Shown here: positions 40,315-48,614 of the stretch, in pieces
Layout of the letters: each line of letters begins with the position of its first letter
How positions within the stretch are numbered: the first letter of the stretch is position 1
NCBI GenBank assembly: GCA_035258845.1
Contig: DATFWX010000142.1
Span: 2,706-66,705 of the forward strand
Length of the DNA: 64,000 nucleotides
Direction: 5' to 3'
DNA from: Polyangia bacterium
Lineage (GTDB): Bacteria > Myxococcota_A > Polyangia > JAHFDS01 > DATFWX01
Position numbers and translations under genes: made by a program
Notes under the pieces: generated by a model
The model's input: only the letters and a program-made list of their open reading frames with translations
What the model was told of the DNA's origin: nothing
Database searches by the model: none

Positions 40315-41637
40315 ATGGCAACTTCCACAGCAAAGCGAGCGAACGGCGGGCCGAGCGGGCGGCGGGTGGCGATCCTGGCCGGCTTGCGCACGCCTTTTTT
40401 CAAAGCGGGCGGTCCTTTTCGGGATTTGAGCGCGCTCGAGCTGGGCCAGGCAGTGGTGGCCGAGCTGCTCGAGCGTGCGGCCGTGCCGCCGGGCGAGGTC
40501 AACCAGGTCGTGTTCGGCCAGGTCATTCCGTCCGTCGCCGCGCCCAACATCGCGCGCGAGATCGTGCTGGGCACGGGCATGCCGCGCACGACCGACGCCT
40601 ACTCGGTGTCGCGCGCGTGCGCGACCTCCATTGCCGCGCTCTCCGACGCTGCCGGCGCCATCGCCACCGGCAATGCCGACCTCGTGATCGCGGGCGGGGC
40701 CGAGTGCATGTCGGACGTGCCCATCCTGTATTCACGCAACGTTGCCAACGCGCTTCTGGCCGCGCAGAAGGCCAAGTCGCTGGGCGGCAAAGTGCGCGCG
40801 TTCGCCTCGCTGCACGCGCGCGACCTGGTGCCGGTGCCGCCCGCTCTGGCCGAGCCCTCGACCGGCCTGACCATGGGCGAATCGGCCGAGAAGATGGCCA
40901 AGGAAAACAGCATCTCGCGGGCCGCGCAGGACGAGTTCGCCCTGCGCTCGCACAAGCTGGCGGCCGCGGCCTGGGCGGCCGGCAAGTACGACGCCGAGGT
41001 CATGCACCTGCACGTGCCGCCCAAGTACGAGCAGACGGTGAGCCGCGATGGCATCGTGCGGGCCGACATGACCCTGGAGCAGGCGGCTGCGTTAAAGCCT
41101 GTGTTCGACAAGAAATACGGCACCATCACGGCCGCCAACTCGTCGCCCCTGACCGACGGTGCGGCTGCGCTCGTGGTGGCCTCGGACGAGTGGGCGCGCG
41201 CGCACGGCAAAAAGCCCCTGGGCTACCTGCGCGCGTTCGCCTACGCGGCCGTGGATCCCAACTGGCAGCTTTTGTCGGCGCCGCCGATCGCGGCCGCGCG
41301 TGCGCTCGAGCGCGCCGGCATGACGCTTCGGGATATCGACCTGGTCGACATGCACGAGGCGTTTTCGGCCCAGGTGCTATCCAACCTTGCGGCCATGGCG
41401 TCGAAAAGCTTTGCGCGTGAGCACATCGGGCGCGAGGAGCCGGTGGGCGAGGTTCCGCTCGATCGGCTCAACCTCAACGGCGGCTCGATCGCGCTCGGCC
41501 ATCCCTTCGCCGCCACCGGCGCGCGCATGGTGACGACCGCGCTCCATGAGCTCGCGCGGCGCGGCGGTCAGAGCGCGCTCTTGACCCTGTGTGCTGCCGG
41601 GGGCCTGGGCGCCGCGGTCGTGCTGGAGAGACAATAA
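40315..41637 (+). CDS. fadI: 3-ketoacyl-CoA thiolase (acetyl-CoA acyltransferase, FadI/FadA-like)
   Basis: VSRACATSIAAL (active Cys), NLNGGSIALGHPFAATGARM (thiolase signature 3), CAAGGLGAAVVLE. Thiolase-then-alpha-subunit order as in fadIJ. Confidence 0.8.
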   Translation: MATSTAKRANGGPSGRRVAILAGLRTPFFKAGGPFRDLSALELGQAVVAELLERAAVPPGEVNQVVFGQVIPSVAAPNIAREIVLGTGMPRTTDAYSVSRACATSIAALSDAAGAIATGNADLVIAGGAECMSDVPILYSRNVANALLAAQKAKSLGGKVRAFASLHARDLVPVPPALAEPSTGLTMGESAEKMAKENSISRAAQDEFALRSHKLAAAAWAAGKYDAEVMHLHVPPKYEQTVSRDGIVRADMTLEQAAALKPVFDKKYGTITAANSSPLTDGAAALVVASDEWARAHGKKPLGYLRAFAYAAVDPNWQLLSAPPIAAARALERAGMTLRDIDLVDMHEAFSAQVLSNLAAMASKSFAREHIGREEPVGEVPLDRLNLNGGSIALGHPFAATGARMVTTALHELARRGGQSALLTLCAAGGLGAAVVLERQ

Positions 41638-43787
41638 TGGTTGCCGAAATCAAGCAAAGCTTGCACCTGGACGTGGGCGCCGACGGCATCGCGACCCTGA
41701 CCATCGATGTGCCCGGGCACCCGGTCAATACGCTGACCGAGCAGCTGGGCATCGAGATGGCGGAGGTGCTGACGCGCATCGAGCGCGACCCGGCCATTGC
41801 GGCGGTGGTCATCACCGGCAAGCCGACCGGGTTTCTGGCCGGCGCCGACCTCAACATGCTGCGCGGTTTCAAGACCGCGGCCCGAGCCACCGCCGCCTCG
41901 CGCGGCGCCCAGCTGCAGATGGCGCGCATCGCCGCCCTGGGCAAGCCCATGGTGGCCGCCATTCATGGCCCCGCTCTCGGGGGCGGCTGCGAGCTGGCGC
42001 TGGCCAGCCATTACCGCATCGCCACCGAGCAGGCCGAGCTGGGCCTGCCCGAAGCCAAGCTGGGCCTGATCCCGGGCGCGGGCGGGACCCAGCGTCTGCC
42101 GCGCCTCATCGGCATCCGAGCAGCGCTCGAGATCATCTTACAAGGCCGGTCGGTCAAGGCGGCCAAGGCGCGCAAGCTGGGCCTGGTCGACGAAGTGGTG
42201 CCGCACCCGATCCTGCTCGAGGTCGCGCACAAGCGTGCGGGCGAGCTGGCCCGAGGCGAGCGCACGCGCGCGGAGCCGCGGGGCCGCCTGGATGCCGAGC
42301 GTCTGCAGGAGCTGGCGCTCGAGGACAATCCGATCGGTCGGCGCGTCCTGTTCGCGCAGGCGCGCAAGCGGGTGCAGAAGGAGACCGGTGGCCACTACCC
42401 GGCACCGCAGGCGGCCCTGGAGGCCGTCCAGATGGGCTACGAGGACGGCGAGGAGGCGGGTTACGCGGCCGAGGCCGAGCGGTTCGGCCAGATGGTGGCG
42501 TCGCCGGTGGCGGCGCGGCTCATCGAGATCTTCTTCGAAACCACCGAGCTGAAGAAGGACACCGGCGCGCCGCCCGAGGTCAAGCCGCACCCGGTCGCAA
42601 AGCTCGCCGTTCTGGGCGCGGGCCTGATGGGTGGCGGCATCACGTATGTGAGCGCGGCCGTCGGTGTGCCGGTGCGCATGCGCGACCAGGACGACGAGGC
42701 GCTGCGCAAGGGCCTGGCCTACGTGCGCGGGATCCTCGACCAGCGGGTCGAGCGCAAGAGCCTGAAGGCCCGTGCGGCCGCCGACGTCATGGCCCTGGTG
42801 CGGCCCACCACCGACTATTCGGGCTTTGCCAGCGCCGATCTCGTGATCGAGGCGGTGTTCGAGGATCTGGCGGTCAAGCAGAAGGTGCTGCGCGAGACCG
42901 AGGCCGCCACGCGCGCGGACACCATCTTCGCATCCAACACCTCGTCGATCCCGATTACGCGCATCGCCGAGGCGGCGGCGCGGCCCGAGCTGGTGGTCGG
43001 CATGCACTTCTTCTCGCCCGTGCACAAGATGCCGCTGCTCGAGGTCATCAAGACCGCAAAAACCGCGGACTGGGTGGTCGCGACCGCGGTCGCGTTCGGC
43101 AAGCACATCGGCAAGACCGTCATCGTGGTGCGCGACGGCGTGGGCTTCTACACCTCGCGCATCCTGGGGCCCTACATGAACGAGGCCGCGCACCTCCTTT
43201 TCGAGGGCGCTGCGGTGGACGCCATCGACGACGCCATGACGCGCTTCGGCTTTCCGGTCGGGCCGCTCAAGCTGCTCGACGAGGTCGGCATCGACGTGGC
43301 GGGCCACGTGACCAAGATCGCGCTCGACGCGTTCGGCGCCCGCATGACGCCGCCGCCCGGGCTCGACAAGATCATCGCGGACGGCCGCAAGGGCCGCAAG
43401 AACCAGCGCGGCTTCTACCTGTACGAGGGCAAGAAGAAAGGCGTCGACGAAACCGTCTACGATCTGCTCCCGGGCCGACGCGATCGCAAACCGGTCGAAG
43501 CGCGCGAGATCCAGGACCGGTGCGCGCTCGCCATGGTGAACGAGGCGGTGCGCTGTCTGGACGACGGCATCCTGCTGCACCCGCGTGATGGCGACATCGG
43601 AGCCATCTTCGGGCTCGGCTTTCCGCCCTTTCTGGGCGGCCCGTTCCGCTATCTGGACGTTTCGGGGAGCGCGGACATCGTGCGCAGGCTCGAGGAGCTG
43701 GCGGGCCGGCATGGCCCCCGCTTCGAGCCCGCCCAGGGCCTGTCCGAGCGCGCCCGGTCCGGCCAGCGCTTCTACCAGCAATTATAG
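41637..43787 (+). CDS. fadJ: Fatty-acid oxidation complex alpha subunit (enoyl-CoA hydratase / 3-hydroxyacyl-CoA dehydrogenase, FadJ/FadB-like)
   Basis: N-terminal crotonase: AAIHGPALGGGCELALASHYRIA. Central NAD Rossmann: VLGAGLMGGGI. C-terminal 3HCDH domain. 716 aa. Confidence 0.85.
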   Translation: MVAEIKQSLHLDVGADGIATLTIDVPGHPVNTLTEQLGIEMAEVLTRIERDPAIAAVVITGKPTGFLAGADLNMLRGFKTAARATAASRGAQLQMARIAALGKPMVAAIHGPALGGGCELALASHYRIATEQAELGLPEAKLGLIPGAGGTQRLPRLIGIRAALEIILQGRSVKAAKARKLGLVDEVVPHPILLEVAHKRAGELARGERTRAEPRGRLDAERLQELALEDNPIGRRVLFAQARKRVQKETGGHYPAPQAALEAVQMGYEDGEEAGYAAEAERFGQMVASPVAARLIEIFFETTELKKDTGAPPEVKPHPVAKLAVLGAGLMGGGITYVSAAVGVPVRMRDQDDEALRKGLAYVRGILDQRVERKSLKARAAADVMALVRPTTDYSGFASADLVIEAVFEDLAVKQKVLRETEAATRADTIFASNTSSIPITRIAEAAARPELVVGMHFFSPVHKMPLLEVIKTAKTADWVVATAVAFGKHIGKTVIVVRDGVGFYTSRILGPYMNEAAHLLFEGAAVDAIDDAMTRFGFPVGPLKLLDEVGIDVAGHVTKIALDAFGARMTPPPGLDKIIADGRKGRKNQRGFYLYEGKKKGVDETVYDLLPGRRDRKPVEAREIQDRCALAMVNEAVRCLDDGILLHPRDGDIGAIFGLGFPPFLGGPFRYLDVSGSADIVRRLEELAGRHGPRFEPAQGLSERARSGQRFYQQL

Positions 43788-43809
43788 CGCCAGCCCGAGC
43801 CGTGGTACC

Positions 43810-44295
43810 ATGGGCGCCGTGGCTCCGAAACTGGAAATCCGGCCCGGCTCGATTCGCGACGAGGAGTTCGTGCGCTCGCTGTCGAACCGGGTGTTCTCGG
43901 TCTACGGCGACTACGGAACTCTCCTGCCCGAGTGGATGGTCCATCCCGCGGTGATGACGTACATCGCCGAGGAGGACACCAAGCCGGTCGGCTTCACCAT
44001 GCTCGGGCTGTACGTTCCCGACCGCACGCGCGGCTACGTGGCCGATCTGCTCGCGATTGCGGTCATGCCCAATGCGCAGGGGCGCGGGCTGGGCAAAGAG
44101 CTGCTCGATCATGCGCTCGCAACCGCGCGCACCCTGGGCAAGCGGATGCCGGTCAAGGAGATCCGCCTCGACGTGGCCGACACCAACACGCGCGGCCGCG
44201 CCCTGTTCGAGTCGCGCGGATTCGAGCTGGCCGAGGAGGACCACGGCTACTACCAGGGCGGCCAGCGTGCGCTCCGCATGCGAAAGCTCCTTTAA
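43810..44295 (+). CDS. GNAT family N-acetyltransferase
   Basis: LLAIAVMPNAQGRGLGKELLDHAL (acetyl-CoA binding Q/RxxGxG/A motif), about 160 aa. Confidence 0.7.
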   Translation: MGAVAPKLEIRPGSIRDEEFVRSLSNRVFSVYGDYGTLLPEWMVHPAVMTYIAEEDTKPVGFTMLGLYVPDRTRGYVADLLAIAVMPNAQGRGLGKELLDHALATARTLGKRMPVKEIRLDVADTNTRGRALFESRGFELAEEDHGYYQGGQRALRMRKLL

Positions 44296-44332
44296 TCGAG
44301 AGCCCGGTTGGCTGCCCGCGCCTGCGCCCTTC

Positions 44333-45139
44333 TTGAAATGGGCGGGCGGCAAGTCGCAGCTGCTGACGCAGTTTCGACGTCTTCTCCCGGCCGACGCCGC
44401 GCGGCGCCGCTATCACGAGCCGTTTCTGGGTGGGGGCGCGCTTTTTTTCGCGCTGGCGCCCAAGCGGGCGTGCCTGGGCGACTGCAACGCCGACCTGATG
44501 GCGACCTACCAGGTCGTGCAGCGTGACCTCGAGGGGCTGTTGGCCGCGCTGGCGCCGCTCACGCGGGGCCACAGCCAGGCCCGCTACTACGGGGTGCGCA
44601 GGCGCTGGAACACCCAGCGCGCAAGACTGTTGCCGGCTCAGCGCGCGGCCCTGTTCATCTATCTCAACAAAACCGGCTACAACGGCCTCTGGCGGGTCAA
44701 TTCGCGCGGCGAGAACAACGTGCCGGCGGGTCGCTACCAGCGCCCCGGGGTCTACGATCCGGCGCTTTTGCGCGCCGATGCCGCCCTGCTCGCGCGCGCG
44801 CAGCTTTGTACCGGACCATTCGAGTCGGTGCTCGAGCGGGCGCAAGCCGGCGATTTCGTATACCTCGATCCGCCCTACCAACCCTTGTCTCGCACAGCCT
44901 CGTTCACGGCCTACGCGCGCGGGGGCTTCGGCGAGGCCGACCAGCGGCGCCTGGCCGACGTGTTCGGCCAGCTCGACCGGCGCGGGTGCCTGGTCATGCT
45001 GTCCAACTCCGATTGTGTGCCGATCCGCACGCTGTACCGTCACTTTCGAATCGATGCGGTCCAGGCGGCTCGTTCGATAAACTCGAAAGGTGGCGGTCGC
45101 GGCTTGATCTCCGAGCTGGTCGTGCGAAACTATGGGTGA
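44333..45139 (+). CDS. Orphan Dam-family DNA adenine N6-methyltransferase (no cognate restriction enzyme evident)
   Basis: FLKWAGGKSQLL (SAM motif I), DPPYQPLS (motif IV DPPY), NNVPAGRYQ. Likely TTG start at 44333; CTG 44312 is possible, and there is no in-frame ATG. Confidence 0.65.
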   Translation: MKWAGGKSQLLTQFRRLLPADAARRRYHEPFLGGGALFFALAPKRACLGDCNADLMATYQVVQRDLEGLLAALAPLTRGHSQARYYGVRRRWNTQRARLLPAQRAALFIYLNKTGYNGLWRVNSRGENNVPAGRYQRPGVYDPALLRADAALLARAQLCTGPFESVLERAQAGDFVYLDPPYQPLSRTASFTAYARGGFGEADQRRLADVFGQLDRRGCLVMLSNSDCVPIRTLYRHFRIDAVQAARSINSKGGGRGLISELVVRNYG

Positions 45140-45218
45140 GCGTGAGGGGCGCTTGACATGCCCCTGTGGGGACAACTAGCCTGATCTTTTTAGCTGCTTA
45201 GGTGAACTGTGAGCCCTA

Positions 45219-46913
45219 ATGAACTTTGATTGGTTGGCGCTTCTTCTGCTCGGTGGCGGTCTCGCGCTGAGCCTTTCCGCGATCTTCCGCCGCGGTGATC
45301 GGCCGCGCACGATGCTCGCTCTGATCGGCCTCCTGGTCGTGGGCGGCGTGCTCAGGCTGTACCACGCCTCCATGCCCAGCCTCTGGCTCGACGAGTTCGG
45401 CACCTATTGGGCGGTCCACACGGTGAGCTTCAGCGATTTTCTGCGGCGCGTGTGGGCCTCGGTGCCGCAAACGCCGGCCTACTACGCGCTGGTCTACGCG
45501 GTCACGCATCTGTTTGGCTACAGCGAGGCCACCCTGCGCGCGCCCAGCGTGGTGGCGGGCGTGCTGTCGCTGCCCGCTCTGTTCTGGTTCGCGCGCTCGG
45601 CATTCGGCGGACGCACGCGGCCGGCTCTGGTCGCGGCCTTGCTGCTGTCGACGACTTTCTTCCACATGGCGCTGTCGCTGGACGCGCGCCCCTATGCGCT
45701 GGCTTATCTGGTGGCGATCGGCTCGGCGGCGGCCTGGTTTCGGCTGGTGCGCACCGGATCGTGGGTGGCAGGCCTCCTGTTCGCGGCCGCGGCCGCGGCC
45801 ACCGTGTACGTGCATTGGCTGTCGGGGCTTTACGTGGCGTCGCAGGTGGTGGTGGGGCTGGGCCTGCTCCTGTGGCAGCGCCGCTCGCGGGCCGAGATCC
45901 TGCGCTTTGTCGGTTTCGCGGCCCTGTGCGGGCTCCTGCTTCTGCCCGCGCTGCCCAAGCTTCTGCACGACCTCGCGCACGCGCCCCGGCACGACTGGAT
46001 GCGCCAGCAATCGACCGACGCTCTCTTGGGAACGCTCGCGGAGGCGGTGTTCGATCTGGTGCCAACCGGCGCGCTTCTGTACGCGCTGGTGGCGCATGCA
46101 GTGGCGCGCATCCGCGGCGCCGGGGCGACCGAAGCCACGGCCCGCGATCGCTTCGCGCTGGTGGCGCTGGGCGCGCTGTTTCTGGCCCCGCTCGGATTTG
46201 CGGCGGTGGTGTACCTGGCCACCGGCGAGTTCTTCTTCGTGCCGCGCTACCTGTATTTCTTGACCATTGCCTCGCTGCCGCTGGCCGCGCTTCTGATCGA
46301 GCTTTTGGGCCGGCGCGGCGTACGCTTCGGCATTACGGTGGTGGCCATCGTGCCCTGCGTGCTGGTCCTGCAGGTGCGCTCGCTGGCCCTGTACGGCACC
46401 TTCAAGGACTACCACGCCGACGATCAGTGGCGCGACGGCCTGGCCGAGCTGGATCGCACTTACAAACCGGGCGACCTTTTGCTGTTCCGAGCTGGCCACA
46501 TCGACGAGGACTATGCCGCCGCCACCGGCGACCCGGACGCCAACGAGTTCGTGCGCAATCCGATCTCGGGCTTCTACAACCGGAAAAACTACACACCCGT
46601 GGTCAGCCTGACCAAAGATTGGGACCCGCAACACTTCCAGAACCGCATGGAGGAGGTCCGGCAGGCGGTCGAGCAGGCCTGGCGGCAGGATCGGCGCGTC
46701 GTGGTGGCGGGGGTCGACAGCATCATCCGCGGGCGCTATTACTTCGATCATCTGATGGACTCTCTGCAGCAGCCCGACAGGCCGCCGTTTGAGCGGGTCG
46801 ACGTCAAGAGCTGGGGCAAGATCAAGCTGCTCGTGCTGCGCCCGACCGGCCGGCCGCCCGCCACCGGACAGGCGGTCAGCTTGAGCCCGGCCGCGCCCAG
46901 CCCGCCGCAGTGA
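45219..46913 (+). CDS. GT39/ArnT-like (GT-C) membrane glycosyltransferase
   Basis: 11+ TM helices with an N-terminal DE motif (LWLDEFGTYW) typical of PMT/ArnT-type GT-C enzymes. C-terminal soluble domain. Confidence 0.65.
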   Translation: MNFDWLALLLLGGGLALSLSAIFRRGDRPRTMLALIGLLVVGGVLRLYHASMPSLWLDEFGTYWAVHTVSFSDFLRRVWASVPQTPAYYALVYAVTHLFGYSEATLRAPSVVAGVLSLPALFWFARSAFGGRTRPALVAALLLSTTFFHMALSLDARPYALAYLVAIGSAAAWFRLVRTGSWVAGLLFAAAAAATVYVHWLSGLYVASQVVVGLGLLLWQRRSRAEILRFVGFAALCGLLLLPALPKLLHDLAHAPRHDWMRQQSTDALLGTLAEAVFDLVPTGALLYALVAHAVARIRGAGATEATARDRFALVALGALFLAPLGFAAVVYLATGEFFFVPRYLYFLTIASLPLAALLIELLGRRGVRFGITVVAIVPCVLVLQVRSLALYGTFKDYHADDQWRDGLAELDRTYKPGDLLLFRAGHIDEDYAAATGDPDANEFVRNPISGFYNRKNYTPVVSLTKDWDPQHFQNRMEEVRQAVEQAWRQDRRVVVAGVDSIIRGRYYFDHLMDSLQQPDRPPFERVDVKSWGKIKLLVLRPTGRPPATGQAVSLSPAAPSPPQ

Positions 46914-46923
46914 CCGGCGGGCC

Positions 46924-47796
46924 ATGCGCGAGCGCGTCGCGTCCTATTTCCGCGAGCTGCAGGACCGCATTTGCACGGGCCTCGAGCAGCTCGACGGGCG
47001 CGCGCGCTTCCGGCACGACGACTGGACCCGTCCCGGCGGGGGCGGCGGCCAGGCCCGCGTGATCGAGGACGGCGAGCTGTTCGAGAAGGCCGGCGTCAAC
47101 TTCTCCGAAGTGCACGGCGAGCTGGCGCCCGACTTCGCGCGCACGCTGCCGGGCTCGGGCCCGCGTTTCCATGCCACCGGCATCTCGCTGGTCCTGCATC
47201 CCCGTTCGCCGATGGTGCCGACCGTGCATGCCAACTTGCGCCACCTCGAGCATGGCGAGGCAAGCTGGTTTGGCGGGGGCAGCGACCTGACGCCCTATTA
47301 CTTCTATCCCGAGGACGCGCAGCACTTTCACCGGGTCTGGAAGGCGGTCTGCGACCGCTACGCGGCCGACTCCTATGCCCGCTTCAAAGCCCAGTGCGAC
47401 CGCTACTTTTTTCTGCCTCATCGCGGCGAGTCCCGGGGCGTGGGTGGCATCTTCTTCGACTACTTGCAGGACGATCCGGAGGCGACCTTCGCGTTCGTGC
47501 GCGGCTGCGGCGATGGGTTTCTCGACGCGTATGTGCCCATCGCCGAGCGTCGGCGCGGCGAGCCCTGGGGCGAGCGCGAGCGCGAGTGGCAGCTGCACCG
47601 GCGCGGCCGCTATGTCGAGTTCAACCTGCTCTACGACCGCGGGACTGTGTTCGGGCTGAAGACGTTTGGCCGCGTGGAGTCGATCCTGATGAGCCTGCCC
47701 CCGCGGGTGCGCTGGGGCTACGAGGTGCGGGCCGAGCCCGGCTCGCGCGAGGCGGAGCTTCTGGCGGCGCTCGAGAAGCCCCGGGACTGGGTGTAA
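46924..47796 (+). CDS. hemF: Oxygen-dependent coproporphyrinogen-III oxidase
   Basis: GGGSDLTPYYFYPEDAQHFHRVWK, RGESRGVGGIFFDYL, RGRYVEFNLLYDRGTVFGL are HemF hallmark blocks. Confidence 0.9.
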   Translation: MRERVASYFRELQDRICTGLEQLDGRARFRHDDWTRPGGGGGQARVIEDGELFEKAGVNFSEVHGELAPDFARTLPGSGPRFHATGISLVLHPRSPMVPTVHANLRHLEHGEASWFGGGSDLTPYYFYPEDAQHFHRVWKAVCDRYAADSYARFKAQCDRYFFLPHRGESRGVGGIFFDYLQDDPEATFAFVRGCGDGFLDAYVPIAERRRGEPWGEREREWQLHRRGRYVEFNLLYDRGTVFGLKTFGRVESILMSLPPRVRWGYEVRAEPGSREAELLAALEKPRDWV

Positions 47797-47797
47797 A

Positions 47798-48244
47798 TCA
47801 CTTGCGGTTGCGGGGCTTTTCGTCGTCGACCGCCTGGGTCGACGAGCTGCTTTGCTCGTGCGCCGACACTGCCCTGGGCTGATACGCGGGCACATAGTCG
47901 CTCGAGCCGGATCCGGACCGCTCCGGCGACGCCGGTGCGGGCGCGGCTGCGGGGGTCGGCATGGCGGCCGGCGTGGACGCGGCCGCGGGCGGGCGCGCGG
48001 CCGGCGCTCGGATGGCCGCCGGGCTCGGAGCCGACGCCCGCTCGGACGCTGCCAGCGTTCCGCTGCTCGACGACGTGGGGACGAATTCTCGGCTCCGCCG
48101 AGGCGCGCCCCGCTTGGACGCTTTCACGCGCTTGGTCGCATGGGCTCGTTTGTGGGCACCGTGCGATCGCTTGGACTTGGCGAGCGCGCCGCTGGGTCCG
48201 GCCACGGCCAGAGCGAACACCAGTGCAAAGCTGAGCTGCCGCAT
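47798..48244 (-). CDS. Small secreted basic low-complexity protein
   Basis: Signal MRQLSFALVFALAVAGPSGALA, then a Lys/Arg-rich segment and a Pro/Ala/Ser-rich tail. Convergent with hemF. Confidence 0.4.
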   Translation of the reverse strand: MRQLSFALVFALAVAGPSGALAKSKRSHGAHKRAHATKRVKASKRGAPRRSREFVPTSSSSGTLAASERASAPSPAAIRAPAARPPAAASTPAAMPTPAAAPAPASPERSGSGSSDYVPAYQPRAVSAHEQSSSSTQAVDDEKPRNRK

Positions 48245-48402
48245 GGAGCAGGTCCTCAGCAAGTGTGGGGCCAGCCAATGATTCCGACGGCTTGCATCCA
48301 AGCGGGGTCAGCTGACCCGCTCCGGTGAACGTAAGTGGCTGAAATCACATGCTGGCTGATCCACCCAAGTGGGTGCGTGCTCCCCATGCAGGGTTCGTGT
48401 TA

Positions 48403-48613
48403 GAAGGCGGAAAGATGAGCGGTGAGCGAAGGCGCGGGGTTTCGAGGCTTGCGAGCGGAGTACAGCGGAGCGAGCCGCCGAGCCGCGCCGGAGCGAGCGG
48501 CGAAGGAAAAAGATGAGCGGTGAGCGAAGGCGCGGGGTTTCGAGGCTTGCGAGCGGAGTACAGCGGAGCGAGCCGCCGAGCCGCGCCCGAGCGAGCCGCG
48601 AAGGAATAAAATG
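48403..48613 (+). repeat. Perfect tandem duplication (2 full units of about 98-99 bp plus partial third) immediately upstream of and running into the S9 peptidase start
   Basis: Unit 1 at 48403-48501 and unit 2 at 48502-48599 are identical except for 3-4 substitutions. Each begins GAAGG-N8-ATGAGCGGTGAGCGAAGG. A third GAAGGAATAAAATGATG at 48600 leads into the peptidase ATG. Confidence 0.85.
48415..48516 (+). CDS. Leader mini-ORF 1 (33 aa) encoded by repeat unit 1
   Basis: ATG 48415 with GAAGG 8 nt upstream. MSGERRRGVSRLASGVQRSEPPSRAGASGEGKR. The TGA stop overlaps the ATG of mini-ORF 2 (ATGA). Confidence 0.2.
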   Translation: MSGERRRGVSRLASGVQRSEPPSRAGASGEGKR

Positions 48614-48614
48614 A
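48513..48614 (+). CDS. Leader mini-ORF 2 (33 aa) encoded by repeat unit 2
   Basis: ATG 48513. MSGERRRGVSRLASGVQRSEPPSRARASREGIK. The TGA stop overlaps the peptidase ATG 48611 (ATGA). Confidence 0.2.
   Translation: MSGERRRGVSRLASGVQRSEPPSRARASREGIK

Noticed and set aside
42138-43781. 547-aa minus-strand ORF
   Set aside because: It runs antisense to the fadJ-like gene, and its translation is low-complexity with no recognisable motif.
44153-45175. 340-aa minus-strand ORF
   Set aside because: It runs antisense to the Dam methyltransferase gene, and its translation is low-complexity with no recognisable motif.
45216-46925. 569-aa minus-strand ORF
   Set aside because: It runs antisense to the GT39-like glycosyltransferase gene, and its translation is low-complexity with no recognisable motif.
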